Shown here in pieces: positions 11,139 to 22,253 of a stretch of DNA of 64,000 bases. The translations under genes were made by a program, and so were the position numbers. Under the pieces are notes generated by a model. It was not told the origin of the DNA. It did not search any database and saw only the letters and a program-made list of their open reading frames with translations. The stretch lies in the IMG/VR virus record IMGVR_UViG_3300032092_000004, positions 32,001 to 96,000 of that record; one strand, 5' to 3'. The stretch is from a virus. Position 1 is the first letter of the stretch; the number at the start of each line of letters is the position of its first letter.

Positions 11139-11928
11139 AATAAAAATATTAAAAACCGAACTTGAACAGTTTGTTAATATACCAATTAACATGCAATGGG
11201 ATTTTACGGGAAAAGACGATGCTATTGATGAATATGAAGTAAGTGTTATTGATCAAGTTATTGGTCCTGCCGCGGACTTTGAAATTGCAAGATTTTCACA
11301 TAACGTATTCCAAAACCAAGATACAGGAATTAATTATGAATTTTATTTTTATGATGATTCGCAACCAATAACCGCAAATACTGTTGGTAACTGGACCATC
11401 TCATATTTAAATAACGGGTTTACAGCTGAAGAAATTTACTACTATTCAAAACCATTCACTAAATCCTTCTTCAAATTGGATTTTTATGACACTGCTGATG
11501 AAAGAGATCAACAAATTTATTTATCGGTAATTTTACCTGTACAACAAGGGTTAACTCAAACTGTTGTGATATCACCTTTAGTTCCACCTGTCGATATTAA
11601 AAAACCAAAAATGGTTTTAGATTATTTAGGTGATAAAGAAGGATTTTTTATTTATTGGTTAAGAAGCAGAGATTTTATAGATGTTGACACCTTTTATGTT
11701 ACCGCAAAATTTTTTGATGCTAGATTAGGAGTTTTCAAACAAATGACTAACACAAGACAAGATCTAATATCACCAACCAAATTTACTTTTAATAATGCAG
11801 ACTATTTCTATTATAGATATAGTTTAAATTATACTACTAAAACTTACGAGGTATTCTCCACTTCAACAAACTTAAGAGTTGGGGACGGATTATCACCGAT
11901 AAAATGGTATGAATATGTTAATCCATAA
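11125..11928 (+). CDS. Putative structural protein
   Basis: 267 aa ORF translationally coupled within the operon. Confidence 0.55.
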   Translation: MNANRIKILKTELEQFVNIPINMQWDFTGKDDAIDEYEVSVIDQVIGPAADFEIARFSHNVFQNQDTGINYEFYFYDDSQPITANTVGNWTISYLNNGFTAEEIYYYSKPFTKSFFKLDFYDTADERDQQIYLSVILPVQQGLTQTVVISPLVPPVDIKKPKMVLDYLGDKEGFFIYWLRSRDFIDVDTFYVTAKFFDARLGVFKQMTNTRQDLISPTKFTFNNADYFYYRYSLNYTTKTYEVFSTSTNLRVGDGLSPIKWYEYVNP

Positions 11929-13103
11929 TGGAATTACAACAATATAATTTCATAATTTCTCCTGAAAACATCAAGAGTGATTTGGTATTTGTTCCTTATA
12001 CAGGGGAAACAGATATAACAACAATCATAGATCCTTGTTGTTTAACGGCATCAACATTTAGTGCGACAACAACAGGAACGACCGGAGTTTACTTACCAAT
12101 GGAGTATGTATTATCGGGGAATACAGGAGGTACATCATTTCTGACTGGATTAACAGTCAATCTGATGTTTACAGAATCAACAGTGGATATTGGGTATTAT
12201 TCACCAACGGATGGTTTAATTTTACAACTTGATGTTTTAAATAATTTTATTGCAACCGCAAATACCATCAATCCATATACTTTCACATTTTATAACACTT
12301 CTGACTTAGAACTAATAAAATTCTTACAATTAGTAACTTATACTTTGGATTGGGGTGATGGATCCGCACCACAGGCTGTTTTAGGTATTTCACCGATAAC
12401 TCATACATATCCTGTTAGTCAAACATCATACACAATAACCCTTACGGCAAATTCCCCATGGGGTATCTCAAAAGTACAAAAAGATGTTATTGTACCTTAT
12501 ACAAACGCAACAATACCAAATCCAAACGGATCTATAACTTTTTATCCTGCGGGAGGTAATTGGTCTGCAACACCAATAAGTTATGATTATATTTTTACAG
12601 GAGACTCAAATACGAACATAAATGATTATTATTCCTACAATTACACTTCGGTTCCATTTCCAATAACAGGTTTAACCTTATCTTCTGTTAACGACTTAGC
12701 ACAATTTGGACCCAAAACAAATTTATACGACGGTAAATTTAAATTAGGAGTCCAAGTAACGGGAACAACAGGTGCGATTGGAACATATTGGGGACCAGAT
12801 CCAAGTAACTCATATACAGCTTATACCATAAATGGTATGACTTATTTAGATTACGAAGATTATACGATTTATGTTACAGATTCTTACGGTTTAGTTCCTG
12901 GTGACATCGTATTATCGGCATTAACAAAAAACGAAGCATTATTAAATGTTATTGATCAACCTGAAATTATAACTAATGTTTATGTTGAGAGAGGTAAATA
13001 CACACCATTAGAAAATATACAAAGGATTGGTGAAGTTGATAATGTAGGGGACTTAGAAAAATACGGATACAAATATTTCAACATTGAAAAAGTATCAACA
13101 TAA
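11928..13103 (+). CDS. Structural protein with PKD-like Ig domain
   Basis: YTLDWGDGS...ITHTY...YTITLTA is a PKD signature. Confidence 0.7.
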   Translation: MELQQYNFIISPENIKSDLVFVPYTGETDITTIIDPCCLTASTFSATTTGTTGVYLPMEYVLSGNTGGTSFLTGLTVNLMFTESTVDIGYYSPTDGLILQLDVLNNFIATANTINPYTFTFYNTSDLELIKFLQLVTYTLDWGDGSAPQAVLGISPITHTYPVSQTSYTITLTANSPWGISKVQKDVIVPYTNATIPNPNGSITFYPAGGNWSATPISYDYIFTGDSNTNINDYYSYNYTSVPFPITGLTLSSVNDLAQFGPKTNLYDGKFKLGVQVTGTTGAIGTYWGPDPSNSYTAYTINGMTYLDYEDYTIYVTDSYGLVPGDIVLSALTKNEALLNVIDQPEIITNVYVERGKYTPLENIQRIGEVDNVGDLEKYGYKYFNIEKVST

Positions 13104-13130
13104 CTATTTATAAAAAAAAAGAAAACACAA

Positions 13131-14036
13131 ATGGCTACAGGTAATTACGGAACTATTAGACCAGCGGATGTCAGTCCTGAAGACGTAGAGATCGTTATGG
13201 TTTATACACAATCAAGAGATGACACACAAAACTTTATTTTAACAACGTTGAACGCTCAAGATGTCTTAAGACCATACTTCAATAATAACGCAACAGGAGG
13301 TAATACTGTTGAAGTTTTAGGTGGGTTGTATAGTTTAAAACTACCTGCCGATCAGTTTACAAGTTTGGGGATTTACACTCTAATGATTAGACCTGCACAA
13401 ATTAGAACAACTATTACTGATTGTGGTGTTTTATCCGCATTACCAAATGTTAAAGGGATAGTAATTGATTTAAATAATGTCCCATCACAATATAGAAATA
13501 AGTTTGTTAATCAAGGACTTGTAGGATTTAGAGTTGAATACTTAAATCCTGATGGGACAAAAATTCCTAACTTCTTTAGAATAATAACATCTTCATTCTA
13601 TTGTGAACCAGTTATCCAAAACTTAACTAACACAATTCAAAAGTCTATTAGGTATAGATATGTGGAAGGGGCAACAAATCTTTTATTTTGTACACTTTCA
13701 CCATCTTCATCACCAACAAACAAACCAAGTGCAACACCTTATATTGGACAACCTAATCAAAGTATTATCATAAGTAATACTTATTTTAACCCAATATCAA
13801 CAGAAATTGAAATAGTTGACCAAGACATCTCGACGTTGGCAATAGCACTTTATGGCAATCAAACTAAATCTATTGAGGACGGTATTTACACAATCTACGA
13901 CGCTGACAACAACATCTACCAACAATACAACTTGTATGAAATTAAAGATCAGTTCAATACTCTTCTTTATGAGGTTAGACAAAATCGTAATGAAAATATC
14001 GATTTCTCTAAAGCTTTTAATAATATTGTTGCTTAA
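13131..14036 (+). CDS. Putative structural protein
   Basis: 301 aa; TATTTATA at 13105-13112. Confidence 0.55.
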   Translation: MATGNYGTIRPADVSPEDVEIVMVYTQSRDDTQNFILTTLNAQDVLRPYFNNNATGGNTVEVLGGLYSLKLPADQFTSLGIYTLMIRPAQIRTTITDCGVLSALPNVKGIVIDLNNVPSQYRNKFVNQGLVGFRVEYLNPDGTKIPNFFRIITSSFYCEPVIQNLTNTIQKSIRYRYVEGATNLLFCTLSPSSSPTNKPSATPYIGQPNQSIIISNTYFNPISTEIEIVDQDISTLAIALYGNQTKSIEDGIYTIYDADNNIYQQYNLYEIKDQFNTLLYEVRQNRNENIDFSKAFNNIVA

Positions 14037-17023
14037 TGGCTATACAGAAGTTTACTTGTCCACCTCAAAGTAGTGCCGCCAATGAATTCTCAAATAATTT
14101 GGTTGGAGTTCAGTTAGTTACTGGAGGAGGTTTAACGCAAGCAAATTTTAACTTTACAACAAATATTTCTGAAAAGCAGAATAGAACATTTAATATTGGT
14201 ACGTTTTCAGATCCGATAAATCTTGAGAGTATAAACATCGATAATAATGTTGAAGCTGCCGAAATCTTAGCTAACAACTATAGAGTTTACCCAAATTATG
14301 ATTTATCACAAGTAACAAACTTTACTCAATATGGTTCCTTGGTTAAAAGATTTTCAGTTTCAATAACTAAGATAATCAACTTTTATCCTGCAGGATTAGA
14401 GGTTTCACCAAACACAAACAAGTTTATAACTCAAGAAACCGCATTTAATATTACTTACGATGCGGTTGAAAATGATACAACATTTGAAGTATTAATATCA
14501 TCAATTAGAAATCCATTTGATATTGATTACACTGTAAATGCTGAGACAAATATGATGTTTAATGAGATGGAAGTTTCATCTTTGAGAAACATGAAGTTGG
14601 AGTATAAAAAATATGCGTTAATTCTAAATGGTAATGAATATCCTGTTAACTATTTATACCCAACCACAAATGACTCGACAACATTAAAGTTAATTGTCGA
14701 TGGAAATCCATTTGGGGGTAATGCAATATCATATGATTATATAGTTATAAGACCAAACAACTATGAGGTTAACAGAGTTTTTAACCTTAAATTTGATCCC
14801 GTTGAAAATTTCCTACTAAATAGAAACATTAATCCACCATATACCGCAACTTTTACCGTTCCAAGAGAACAAGATGACGGTACATTTAAAATCACGACTG
14901 AACTTGCAACGTTTCCTAAATCAGGACTTTGGAACTTAGATATTGAATCACAAACATTTGATAACTACCTAACACAAATAAATGATTTTGCAATAAACCT
15001 TGATTCATATAATACTAACTTAGTTTCAAGATTTTTAACAACAGGTGCTTTAAAAGAGTTTGATACACCTGATCATAAATTTGAAAAACTTTTACAGATT
15101 TATGGTAGAAGTTTTGACGAAACTAAGGCTTTCATTTCGGCATTAGGTAATATTAATAGTGTTCATTATACTGTTAAGAATGATATACCGTCACAACTTT
15201 TAAAAAATTTAGCACAAACATTAGGTTGGGTAACAAATTTTTCACCTATATCTAATGAAGAATTGTTACAAGCAGTTTTTACGACACAACCAAATACTTT
15301 TCCTGGTTTACAAATCGGACCAACACCTGAAGAAATCAATTATCAATTTTATAGAAATTTGATTTTGAATTCTGCTTGGTTGTTTAAATCAAAAGGAACT
15401 AGAAAATCTATTGAATGTCTTTTAAGAATGGTTGGGGCACCTGAAGCCTTAATAGATTTTAACGAACATATTTATGTTGCTGATCAAAGAATAAACATGA
15501 GTGAGTTCAATCAACAATATTTACAATTATCAGGAGGGACTTTTCTACAAGAATATCCTGTATTAGAAACTAACAACACATATTCAATACAAGGAGTTCA
15601 ATATACTGGTTTTACCACAACATTTGCAAACGCAACTGTATTAACAACAAGGGAAGATTACCCCGTTGATGAATTTGGATGCCCAAAAATGCCAACACCA
15701 ACAGAAGAGTACTTTTTCCAAATTGGTGGGGGTTGGTTTGAATCAACACCTCAACACAGAATGCCAGAATTTGCAATCCCAACAAATCAAGTATTCACAG
15801 GTAATAATCCTAATTTCCAAACACAACTTTTACCTTTCAATTACGGTGAGGAATATTTGCAACTTTACAGAAATTTCCCTTATATGAATTTGGGGTATAA
15901 GATTAGAAGAGTTCAGGATAACAAAAAAAGTTGGAGTGATACGTCACCAACACAAAGAGTAAGTTTTGATGGTGGATTTAATGCTTATTATGAAGTTGGT
16001 GAAGAATGTTTAACATTGAATGTGAAAAATGTTGACATCATGATGAATCCTGCTCAAGGTTTGGTTTATGATGTTTGGACAATGTCTAGACAATATAATT
16101 ACCCAATACCTGAAGAAGGTTTATTCTACACTCCACCAACACCTTGTAATGTACCAAATCCATACCCAAGATATGGAGGAATAGATTGGACAACAATTAT
16201 TCCAAAACCAAAACAAAAAACTTTCTTTGAATTTGCTCAAACATTTTGGAGAAACATGGTTAACACAAGAAACCGTCAATATATTACTGATGGTAAAACT
16301 GGCGGTTACCCTACATTACAATCAATATATTGGAGATACTTAGAGTCTCAAACACAAGCAGGTGTACCAAACGATAATTTTACATACCAAACAATGATAG
16401 ACTATATTAATGGTATGGGTGACTATTGGATTAGAATGGTTGAACAAATGGTTCCTGCAACTACAATATGGAATACAGGTGTTAGATTAGAAAACTCTAT
16501 ATTCCATAGACAAAAATTTGTATGGAGAAGACAAGAAGGATGTAAGATTGTTCCTGTCCCTTGTAAACCTTGTTCTTTGGCAACACAATTGTTTGTATAT
16601 GATTGTCCTGTACAACAAGTGGTTTGTGGTCTTTATCCATGGAATAGTAACCCAACAATCACATCTATGGGTGCTGTATTGAATGATACTTTAGATACTT
16701 TTTATAGTCAAAATTCATTAAACGCAAATGACTGTTCACAAAACTCTGTCATAACTACTTGGAATGTAGATTTAAGAGTAAATGGGGTTATACTTGTGAT
16801 ATCACCATTCTATACAGGTATTGGACCATTTAACGTCCCTACTAACACAGAATGGGTGAATGCTTTAAGTGACACATTAAATAATTTACTAACCTCAGGG
16901 TATAGTTATAATATTGATGAGGATACTGAACAAATAACGGTGTTTAACAATAATTGTCAACCAAATTTTGATGACTTCCAAATAAACATAGGACTTGAGT
17001 TCGAAATATATTGTAACGGATAA
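14036..17023 (+). CDS. Baseplate protein, gp7/P2 gpI-like
   Basis: LLKNLAQTLGW...LFKSKGTRKSIECLL carries the KGT motif of gpI/gp7-like wedge proteins. Confidence 0.6.
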   Translation: MAIQKFTCPPQSSAANEFSNNLVGVQLVTGGGLTQANFNFTTNISEKQNRTFNIGTFSDPINLESINIDNNVEAAEILANNYRVYPNYDLSQVTNFTQYGSLVKRFSVSITKIINFYPAGLEVSPNTNKFITQETAFNITYDAVENDTTFEVLISSIRNPFDIDYTVNAETNMMFNEMEVSSLRNMKLEYKKYALILNGNEYPVNYLYPTTNDSTTLKLIVDGNPFGGNAISYDYIVIRPNNYEVNRVFNLKFDPVENFLLNRNINPPYTATFTVPREQDDGTFKITTELATFPKSGLWNLDIESQTFDNYLTQINDFAINLDSYNTNLVSRFLTTGALKEFDTPDHKFEKLLQIYGRSFDETKAFISALGNINSVHYTVKNDIPSQLLKNLAQTLGWVTNFSPISNEELLQAVFTTQPNTFPGLQIGPTPEEINYQFYRNLILNSAWLFKSKGTRKSIECLLRMVGAPEALIDFNEHIYVADQRINMSEFNQQYLQLSGGTFLQEYPVLETNNTYSIQGVQYTGFTTTFANATVLTTREDYPVDEFGCPKMPTPTEEYFFQIGGGWFESTPQHRMPEFAIPTNQVFTGNNPNFQTQLLPFNYGEEYLQLYRNFPYMNLGYKIRRVQDNKKSWSDTSPTQRVSFDGGFNAYYEVGEECLTLNVKNVDIMMNPAQGLVYDVWTMSRQYNYPIPEEGLFYTPPTPCNVPNPYPRYGGIDWTTIIPKPKQKTFFEFAQTFWRNMVNTRNRQYITDGKTGGYPTLQSIYWRYLESQTQAGVPNDNFTYQTMIDYINGMGDYWIRMVEQMVPATTIWNTGVRLENSIFHRQKFVWRRQEGCKIVPVPCKPCSLATQLFVYDCPVQQVVCGLYPWNSNPTITSMGAVLNDTLDTFYSQNSLNANDCSQNSVITTWNVDLRVNGVILVISPFYTGIGPFNVPTNTEWVNALSDTLNNLLTSGYSYNIDEDTEQITVFNNNCQPNFDDFQINIGLEFEIYCNG

Positions 17024-19215
17024 TGCCTTATATACAAATATATAATTATAGAGTCACTGGTGACTGTAGTAATACAAAAGTAGGTGCGGTCTCATTCAAC
17101 ATAACCGGAGATACGCCTAATTTTAGTGTCACAGATGCAACAGGGTTAGGATTACTACCATTGTCAGCTAACACCACATTTTATTCTGTTACGGGAATGT
17201 CTGGTGGTACTTATTATGCTACAGTTGCAGATGCGGGTACCACAAAAATTGTACAACCAATTTATATATCAACAGGTACTACCGCAACTATAGATTCTTC
17301 TAATACCACTTGTGGTCAAAATAATGGAACAATAACAGGTTTTACGTCTGGCGTTTATGGTCTTGTTTCTTTTAGTTTATACGATATAAGTAATAATTTA
17401 ATTACATCTGCAACAACATCAAATCCTTACTATGAATTCACATCTCTTTCTGCAGGAACTTATTATATAGTTGCAAACGATGGTGGTGGTTGTACAGGAA
17501 TAACAGCATCTGTAATATTAAATCCTTCATCTGGATTAACATACGGGGCATATGTTGTTGATGATGCTAGTTGTTTAGGTTCAGGTAGTGGTAAAATTTT
17601 CTTAACAGGATTAACACCTCCATTATCTGCTTATACAATAACTTGGAGTCCTAACGCTTTAGGTCAAACAGGATCAACAATAACAGGATTAACTTCGGGA
17701 AGTTACGTTGCAACAGTAACAAATCCAATTGGATGTACAACAAGTGAATCATTTACTGTTAACACTATACCACCATTAACGTCAGGTGGATTTATAACTA
17801 TAGCCCAACCATCTTGTTTTGCGAATGACGGTGAAGTAGAATTTATTGTGGTTGGTGGAACTGCTCCCTATTTTTTCAGCGGATCATCAGGTCAAGTTGA
17901 AATTACTTTTGATACTTCTGTAACATTTACAGGACTGTCTTCAGGTTTATATTCGTTTTTGGTTACCGATGCTGGTTTATGTACAATTTATGATTCAGTA
18001 AGTTTATTAACACCAAATTCATTTAGTACCGTTGCCGTCACAACAACTAATTCAACTTGTTCGGCAAATGATGGTAGCATTAATGTTTTAGTTGATGGTG
18101 GTCTTAGTAGTGCAACTAATTTACAGATCTCTGTGTCAGGAACTACAGGTATTAGTCAAATAGGATTATTCGGTAGTTCTAATGAGACATTCTATGGATT
18201 AGGTAGTGGAACATATAATGTAACAGTTGTGTCTGCAGGTTGTACTTATACCGCCTCTACTGTTATTAATTCGGTTAGTTTATATAGTGCGACTACTCAA
18301 GTAAATGGTACCACATGTGGATTAAATAATGGATCTTTAGTTGTAAGTGCGTCAACAGGAGGAACATTTCCATACACATATTCATTAACAGGACCAACTT
18401 ATAGTCCAAATACTGTAACAAGTTTATTTAACACATTCACAAATTTAGCTTATGGTAATTACACTCTAACAATACAAGATACGTCATCACCACCTTGTAT
18501 CCAAAGTTATCCTGTTTTTATACCAAATAGTCAGACCGTAAACTTCAACTTATATCCAAACCAACCTTTAAATGGTGATGATGGTTCTATCACTGCATTC
18601 ATTACTAGTGGTGAACCACCGTTTACTTTAACTTGGAGTGGTGGAACCGTAGGTTCTCAAACGGGAACTACAGTTACAGGTTTAACTACGGGTACATATA
18701 GTTTAACTGTAACAGACGCTAGTGGTTGTACACTTACAAAATACACAACATTAACGGGTACAAAAAAATATGTTAATTATTTGTACTATAATGTATGTGA
18801 TGATACTTTTACAGATAGTGGATTGGTAACTAAAAGAACAATTCGATCAATGTATTTAGAAGGGTTTAATGATCTAACTAGTGGTGACACAAACTGTATT
18901 ATAAATTCAGCGACTTTTGCAATAAGTGCGGAAGTTGGTGGTCAATCTGCTGAAACTATATTTTACACATCTTCAGGATCTACTGATTATCCAAATGATT
19001 TGTTATGGGCTGAAGCAATATCTACAATATTAAATGAGTTTGTAGGGATATCTGATGTAACAATAGATCTACCTTCAAATAGAATCACAATAAAAACAAA
19101 CTGTGAAGAAATTAGTAAAAATTGTGGTCCACAAACAATAAATCCATTACAAGATACTGAAATAAAAGTCAACTTGTTGATTGATTATGACATATCTTGT
19201 GTAAGTTGTAGTTAA
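17023..19215 (+). CDS. SprB-repeat tail/adhesin-like protein
   Basis: Repeated C...NDGSI..GGT.PY.Y.W...GL..GTY...VTD..GC units. Confidence 0.75.
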   Translation: MPYIQIYNYRVTGDCSNTKVGAVSFNITGDTPNFSVTDATGLGLLPLSANTTFYSVTGMSGGTYYATVADAGTTKIVQPIYISTGTTATIDSSNTTCGQNNGTITGFTSGVYGLVSFSLYDISNNLITSATTSNPYYEFTSLSAGTYYIVANDGGGCTGITASVILNPSSGLTYGAYVVDDASCLGSGSGKIFLTGLTPPLSAYTITWSPNALGQTGSTITGLTSGSYVATVTNPIGCTTSESFTVNTIPPLTSGGFITIAQPSCFANDGEVEFIVVGGTAPYFFSGSSGQVEITFDTSVTFTGLSSGLYSFLVTDAGLCTIYDSVSLLTPNSFSTVAVTTTNSTCSANDGSINVLVDGGLSSATNLQISVSGTTGISQIGLFGSSNETFYGLGSGTYNVTVVSAGCTYTASTVINSVSLYSATTQVNGTTCGLNNGSLVVSASTGGTFPYTYSLTGPTYSPNTVTSLFNTFTNLAYGNYTLTIQDTSSPPCIQSYPVFIPNSQTVNFNLYPNQPLNGDDGSITAFITSGEPPFTLTWSGGTVGSQTGTTVTGLTTGTYSLTVTDASGCTLTKYTTLTGTKKYVNYLYYNVCDDTFTDSGLVTKRTIRSMYLEGFNDLTSGDTNCIINSATFAISAEVGGQSAETIFYTSSGSTDYPNDLLWAEAISTILNEFVGISDVTIDLPSNRITIKTNCEEISKNCGPQTINPLQDTEIKVNLLIDYDISCVSCS

Positions 19216-19217
19216 TT

Positions 19218-19514
19218 GTGGCGAATCAAGTAATCGTTTATAGTGCAACAAGTGTTACACCACCATTCAGTGGTATTGCATGTGACGTTTATGGTAATAA
19301 TTGTTCTTATGTTGGTAGTGGAACCACTTATCCTACAACTTTTACTTTACCAGCACAATTCAACACAGCACCTGCATTACAGTTAACTTTAATAGATTCA
19401 ACCGGATGTTCATTATCTGAAATAATTTATTGTACAACTGAAGGGGCCCCAAAACAATTTCAAAATTTACAATATTACTTCTTTATGGATGGAACGCAGT
19501 TTAATTTCCAATAA
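19218..19514 (+). CDS. Small Cys-containing virion accessory protein (paralog of 29850-30071)
   Basis: PF....CD.....C.Y...F.LP...DS..C pattern shared with the paralog. Confidence 0.6.
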   Translation: MANQVIVYSATSVTPPFSGIACDVYGNNCSYVGSGTTYPTTFTLPAQFNTAPALQLTLIDSTGCSLSEIIYCTTEGAPKQFQNLQYYFFMDGTQFNFQ

Positions 19515-19535
19515 CTAAAATATTTATTATACGAT

Positions 19536-22199
19536 ATGGCATTATTAACGGATCAAATACAAGCAACTGGAGTTTCTTTAACGGACTTAATTCACATAGT
19601 CATCACCGGTGACACATCTCAAAATCCTGCGGGATCTTCTTATAAAGCAACAATCCAACAAGTGGCTCGAGTAATATCAGGTACAACAGGCACTAGTGGT
19701 ACTTCCGGATCAAGGGGTTCGTCAGGGACAAGTGGTCAAAGTGGGATTGGGTTATTTTTACCATTATCAGGAGGTACGGTTACGGGTAATACAATATTTA
19801 ATGCGGGTTTAAGTGCAATAACAATATCGGCAACAACTTATCAAAACTTACCAAGTGATGTAATAATTATTGACTCAACACAGATCCAATCAGGATTTAC
19901 AGGTGGAGTCTTATTTCAAAGTTCAGCAAGTACGGTAAGTCAAACTACTGGTTTTACTTGGAATAATACAAATAAAAGATTGGGAATTGGGATTAACTCC
20001 CCTCTCTATGATTTAGATGTCAACGGGTCTATCTATCAAAGAACCGGAGAATTATTAATTACATCCACAGGTGGTGTCAACAAAGAAGGACCATTTATTG
20101 CATCAAGTGGTGGTGACGATTTAATCTCCGACAGAAAAATCCAATTAGGAATTTCAGACAATTCAACTGTACCTGTCGGTATTAATATGTTTGTAACTAA
20201 CAATTCATTCCCACCAAGTTACATGAACTTTAGAGTAAACAATGCAGATCTAGTTAGAATGTCTGGTAGTTCTGTTGAAATTAGCGGTCTTACATATACA
20301 AGTGGTATAACCTCAACATCTAAAATCACATTTCCACAGATAACAATTAATAGTGGGTATACAGTTACTGATAATGACTATATGGTTGACGTTACAGGTG
20401 GTACTTTTACTGTAAACTTACCAAGTGCTGTAGGAAGAAAGGGTAGATTATTAGTTATTAAAAATAATGGTGGAGGTGCGGTTACCGTAGATCCATTTGG
20501 TAGTGAAACCATCGATGGAAAATTATTCGTAATTTTAGGAGAAACTAACTCAATACAATTATCAAGTAATGGAACAGAATGGGTTGCTTTGGGGTATAAT
20601 ATCTCAACAGTAAACTCATCAACGGGTGTTTTTGAATTTACAGGTATTACAACCGCATCCCCAACAACATTTAATGTTGCTCCTGTAAAAGGATGGATAG
20701 TAGACGACACAACAAATCCTTTATCACCACAATTATATTATGTTGTGTATACAGGTGGTACAAATACCGCAACTTATGTTACAACAAGTACCGAAACTTG
20801 GATTTATTTAACGAGCGGAGGAACAATTAGTCAATCAAATATTCCTTTAACGGAACAAGAAAGAAGACAAAATATATTTTTAGGTAAATTGGGTCACGCT
20901 AATAAGACATCAATTATTAATTCTTTTTCTCAACCTGACTTTGTTTTATCTCCATTATCACAACTTCGTGATATGTTTACACCAATTAATTTAATTAACG
21001 GTGGAATAACCCCATCACCTAACGGTGTAAATTTAAGTTTTAACACAAGTGCGGAATACCTATATGGTTTAGGTATAAATTTCGCAAACGACATATTAAG
21101 TCCTGATTCGTTATATGTTTCAGGAACCGCTCCTTGTACGTTCCAATATAGAACACAAACAGGTGGAACCGCATCAAACACAACATTTATTGACCCAACA
21201 AAATATGATGTTGGTGGTACTGTAACTTCTATACCAGGAACTAAAGCAACTAACCAAAGAATTTATTTGGTACAAAACGGTGTTTTTAGAGTTCAGTACG
21301 GACAAACAGTTTATTCAACACTAACTCAAGCAGTTGCGGGTATTTCAACAGAACAGTATGTTGAGTTTTCAAACTTTCAAACTAACGGTATTTTAATTGG
21401 TATTTTATCAGTTTTAAGCTCATGTACTGATTTAAGTGATACTTCTAAAGCATTATTTTTCCAAGCCTCAAAATTTGGTGAATCAACAGGGGCCGCTGGT
21501 GGTACACCAACAACAAACTTACAACAAGCATACAACAACTCATCAGAACCTGAAATTTTAACTAACTCAACATTAGGAGCATTTTCAATTAAAAATGGTA
21601 CGGGTAATCCTGACATCTCAACAAATTTGTTTGAAGGTATTGGGTCTTCAGGTGTTTTAACTTCGTCAATCACTGCGAGAGGTGTTATCACGGGGACTAG
21701 CATTAGTACAAATGGTACTATTAGTGGTGGTGCGGTAACAGGTACAACAATGTTGGCATCTACGTTCAATCTTGCTGGATCACAAATAGAATCGGCGTGG
21801 GAATCATATAGTGTATCTTGGACATCGTCAGGTACTAATCCAGTAATTGGTAATGGAACTATAGAAGGTTGGTATAAAGTAATTGGTAAAACATGTTTTG
21901 TTAGAGGAAATATTGTGATGGGGTCAACAACAACATTTGGTACGGGAGAATGGTATGTATCGATGCCGGTTACTGCTGTAAATGCTGATGCCATATTAAT
22001 GACGGTAACTTTATTAGATAATGGTAGTGCTTGGTATAATGCCACAATGGCCGGAGCAAGAGCAGGATTTAACACTAAAGCCCCTATGCAATATGTAAAT
22101 ATTTTAAACGGTACTGCAAATGATGTAAATGCAACTCAACCATTTACTTGGACAACTAGTGATAGATTTGTATGGAACGGAAGTTATGAAATTGCATAG
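19536..22199 (+). CDS. Tail fibre protein
   Basis: GTSGTSGS low-complexity neck, LPLSGGTVTG, RLGIG...P...LDVNG and TVNLP..GR.L.IKN fibre modules; C-terminal G.Y.VIGKTC receptor-binding-like domain. Confidence 0.75.
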   Translation: MALLTDQIQATGVSLTDLIHIVITGDTSQNPAGSSYKATIQQVARVISGTTGTSGTSGSRGSSGTSGQSGIGLFLPLSGGTVTGNTIFNAGLSAITISATTYQNLPSDVIIIDSTQIQSGFTGGVLFQSSASTVSQTTGFTWNNTNKRLGIGINSPLYDLDVNGSIYQRTGELLITSTGGVNKEGPFIASSGGDDLISDRKIQLGISDNSTVPVGINMFVTNNSFPPSYMNFRVNNADLVRMSGSSVEISGLTYTSGITSTSKITFPQITINSGYTVTDNDYMVDVTGGTFTVNLPSAVGRKGRLLVIKNNGGGAVTVDPFGSETIDGKLFVILGETNSIQLSSNGTEWVALGYNISTVNSSTGVFEFTGITTASPTTFNVAPVKGWIVDDTTNPLSPQLYYVVYTGGTNTATYVTTSTETWIYLTSGGTISQSNIPLTEQERRQNIFLGKLGHANKTSIINSFSQPDFVLSPLSQLRDMFTPINLINGGITPSPNGVNLSFNTSAEYLYGLGINFANDILSPDSLYVSGTAPCTFQYRTQTGGTASNTTFIDPTKYDVGGTVTSIPGTKATNQRIYLVQNGVFRVQYGQTVYSTLTQAVAGISTEQYVEFSNFQTNGILIGILSVLSSCTDLSDTSKALFFQASKFGESTGAAGGTPTTNLQQAYNNSSEPEILTNSTLGAFSIKNGTGNPDISTNLFEGIGSSGVLTSSITARGVITGTSISTNGTISGGAVTGTTMLASTFNLAGSQIESAWESYSVSWTSSGTNPVIGNGTIEGWYKVIGKTCFVRGNIVMGSTTTFGTGEWYVSMPVTAVNADAILMTVTLLDNGSAWYNATMAGARAGFNTKAPMQYVNILNGTANDVNATQPFTWTTSDRFVWNGSYEIA

Positions 22200-22253
22200 A
22201 GTTTAAAATTTAAAATTAATTCACTTTACCTTATTTTCATTTAATTTTCCTAT

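Noticed and set aside
1369-17023. Bacterial contractile injection system (eCIS/T6SS) or eukaryotic giant virus
   Set aside because: Linkage to phage-type replication, sigma70 and lysis genes plus intrinsic terminators indicates a bacteriophage.
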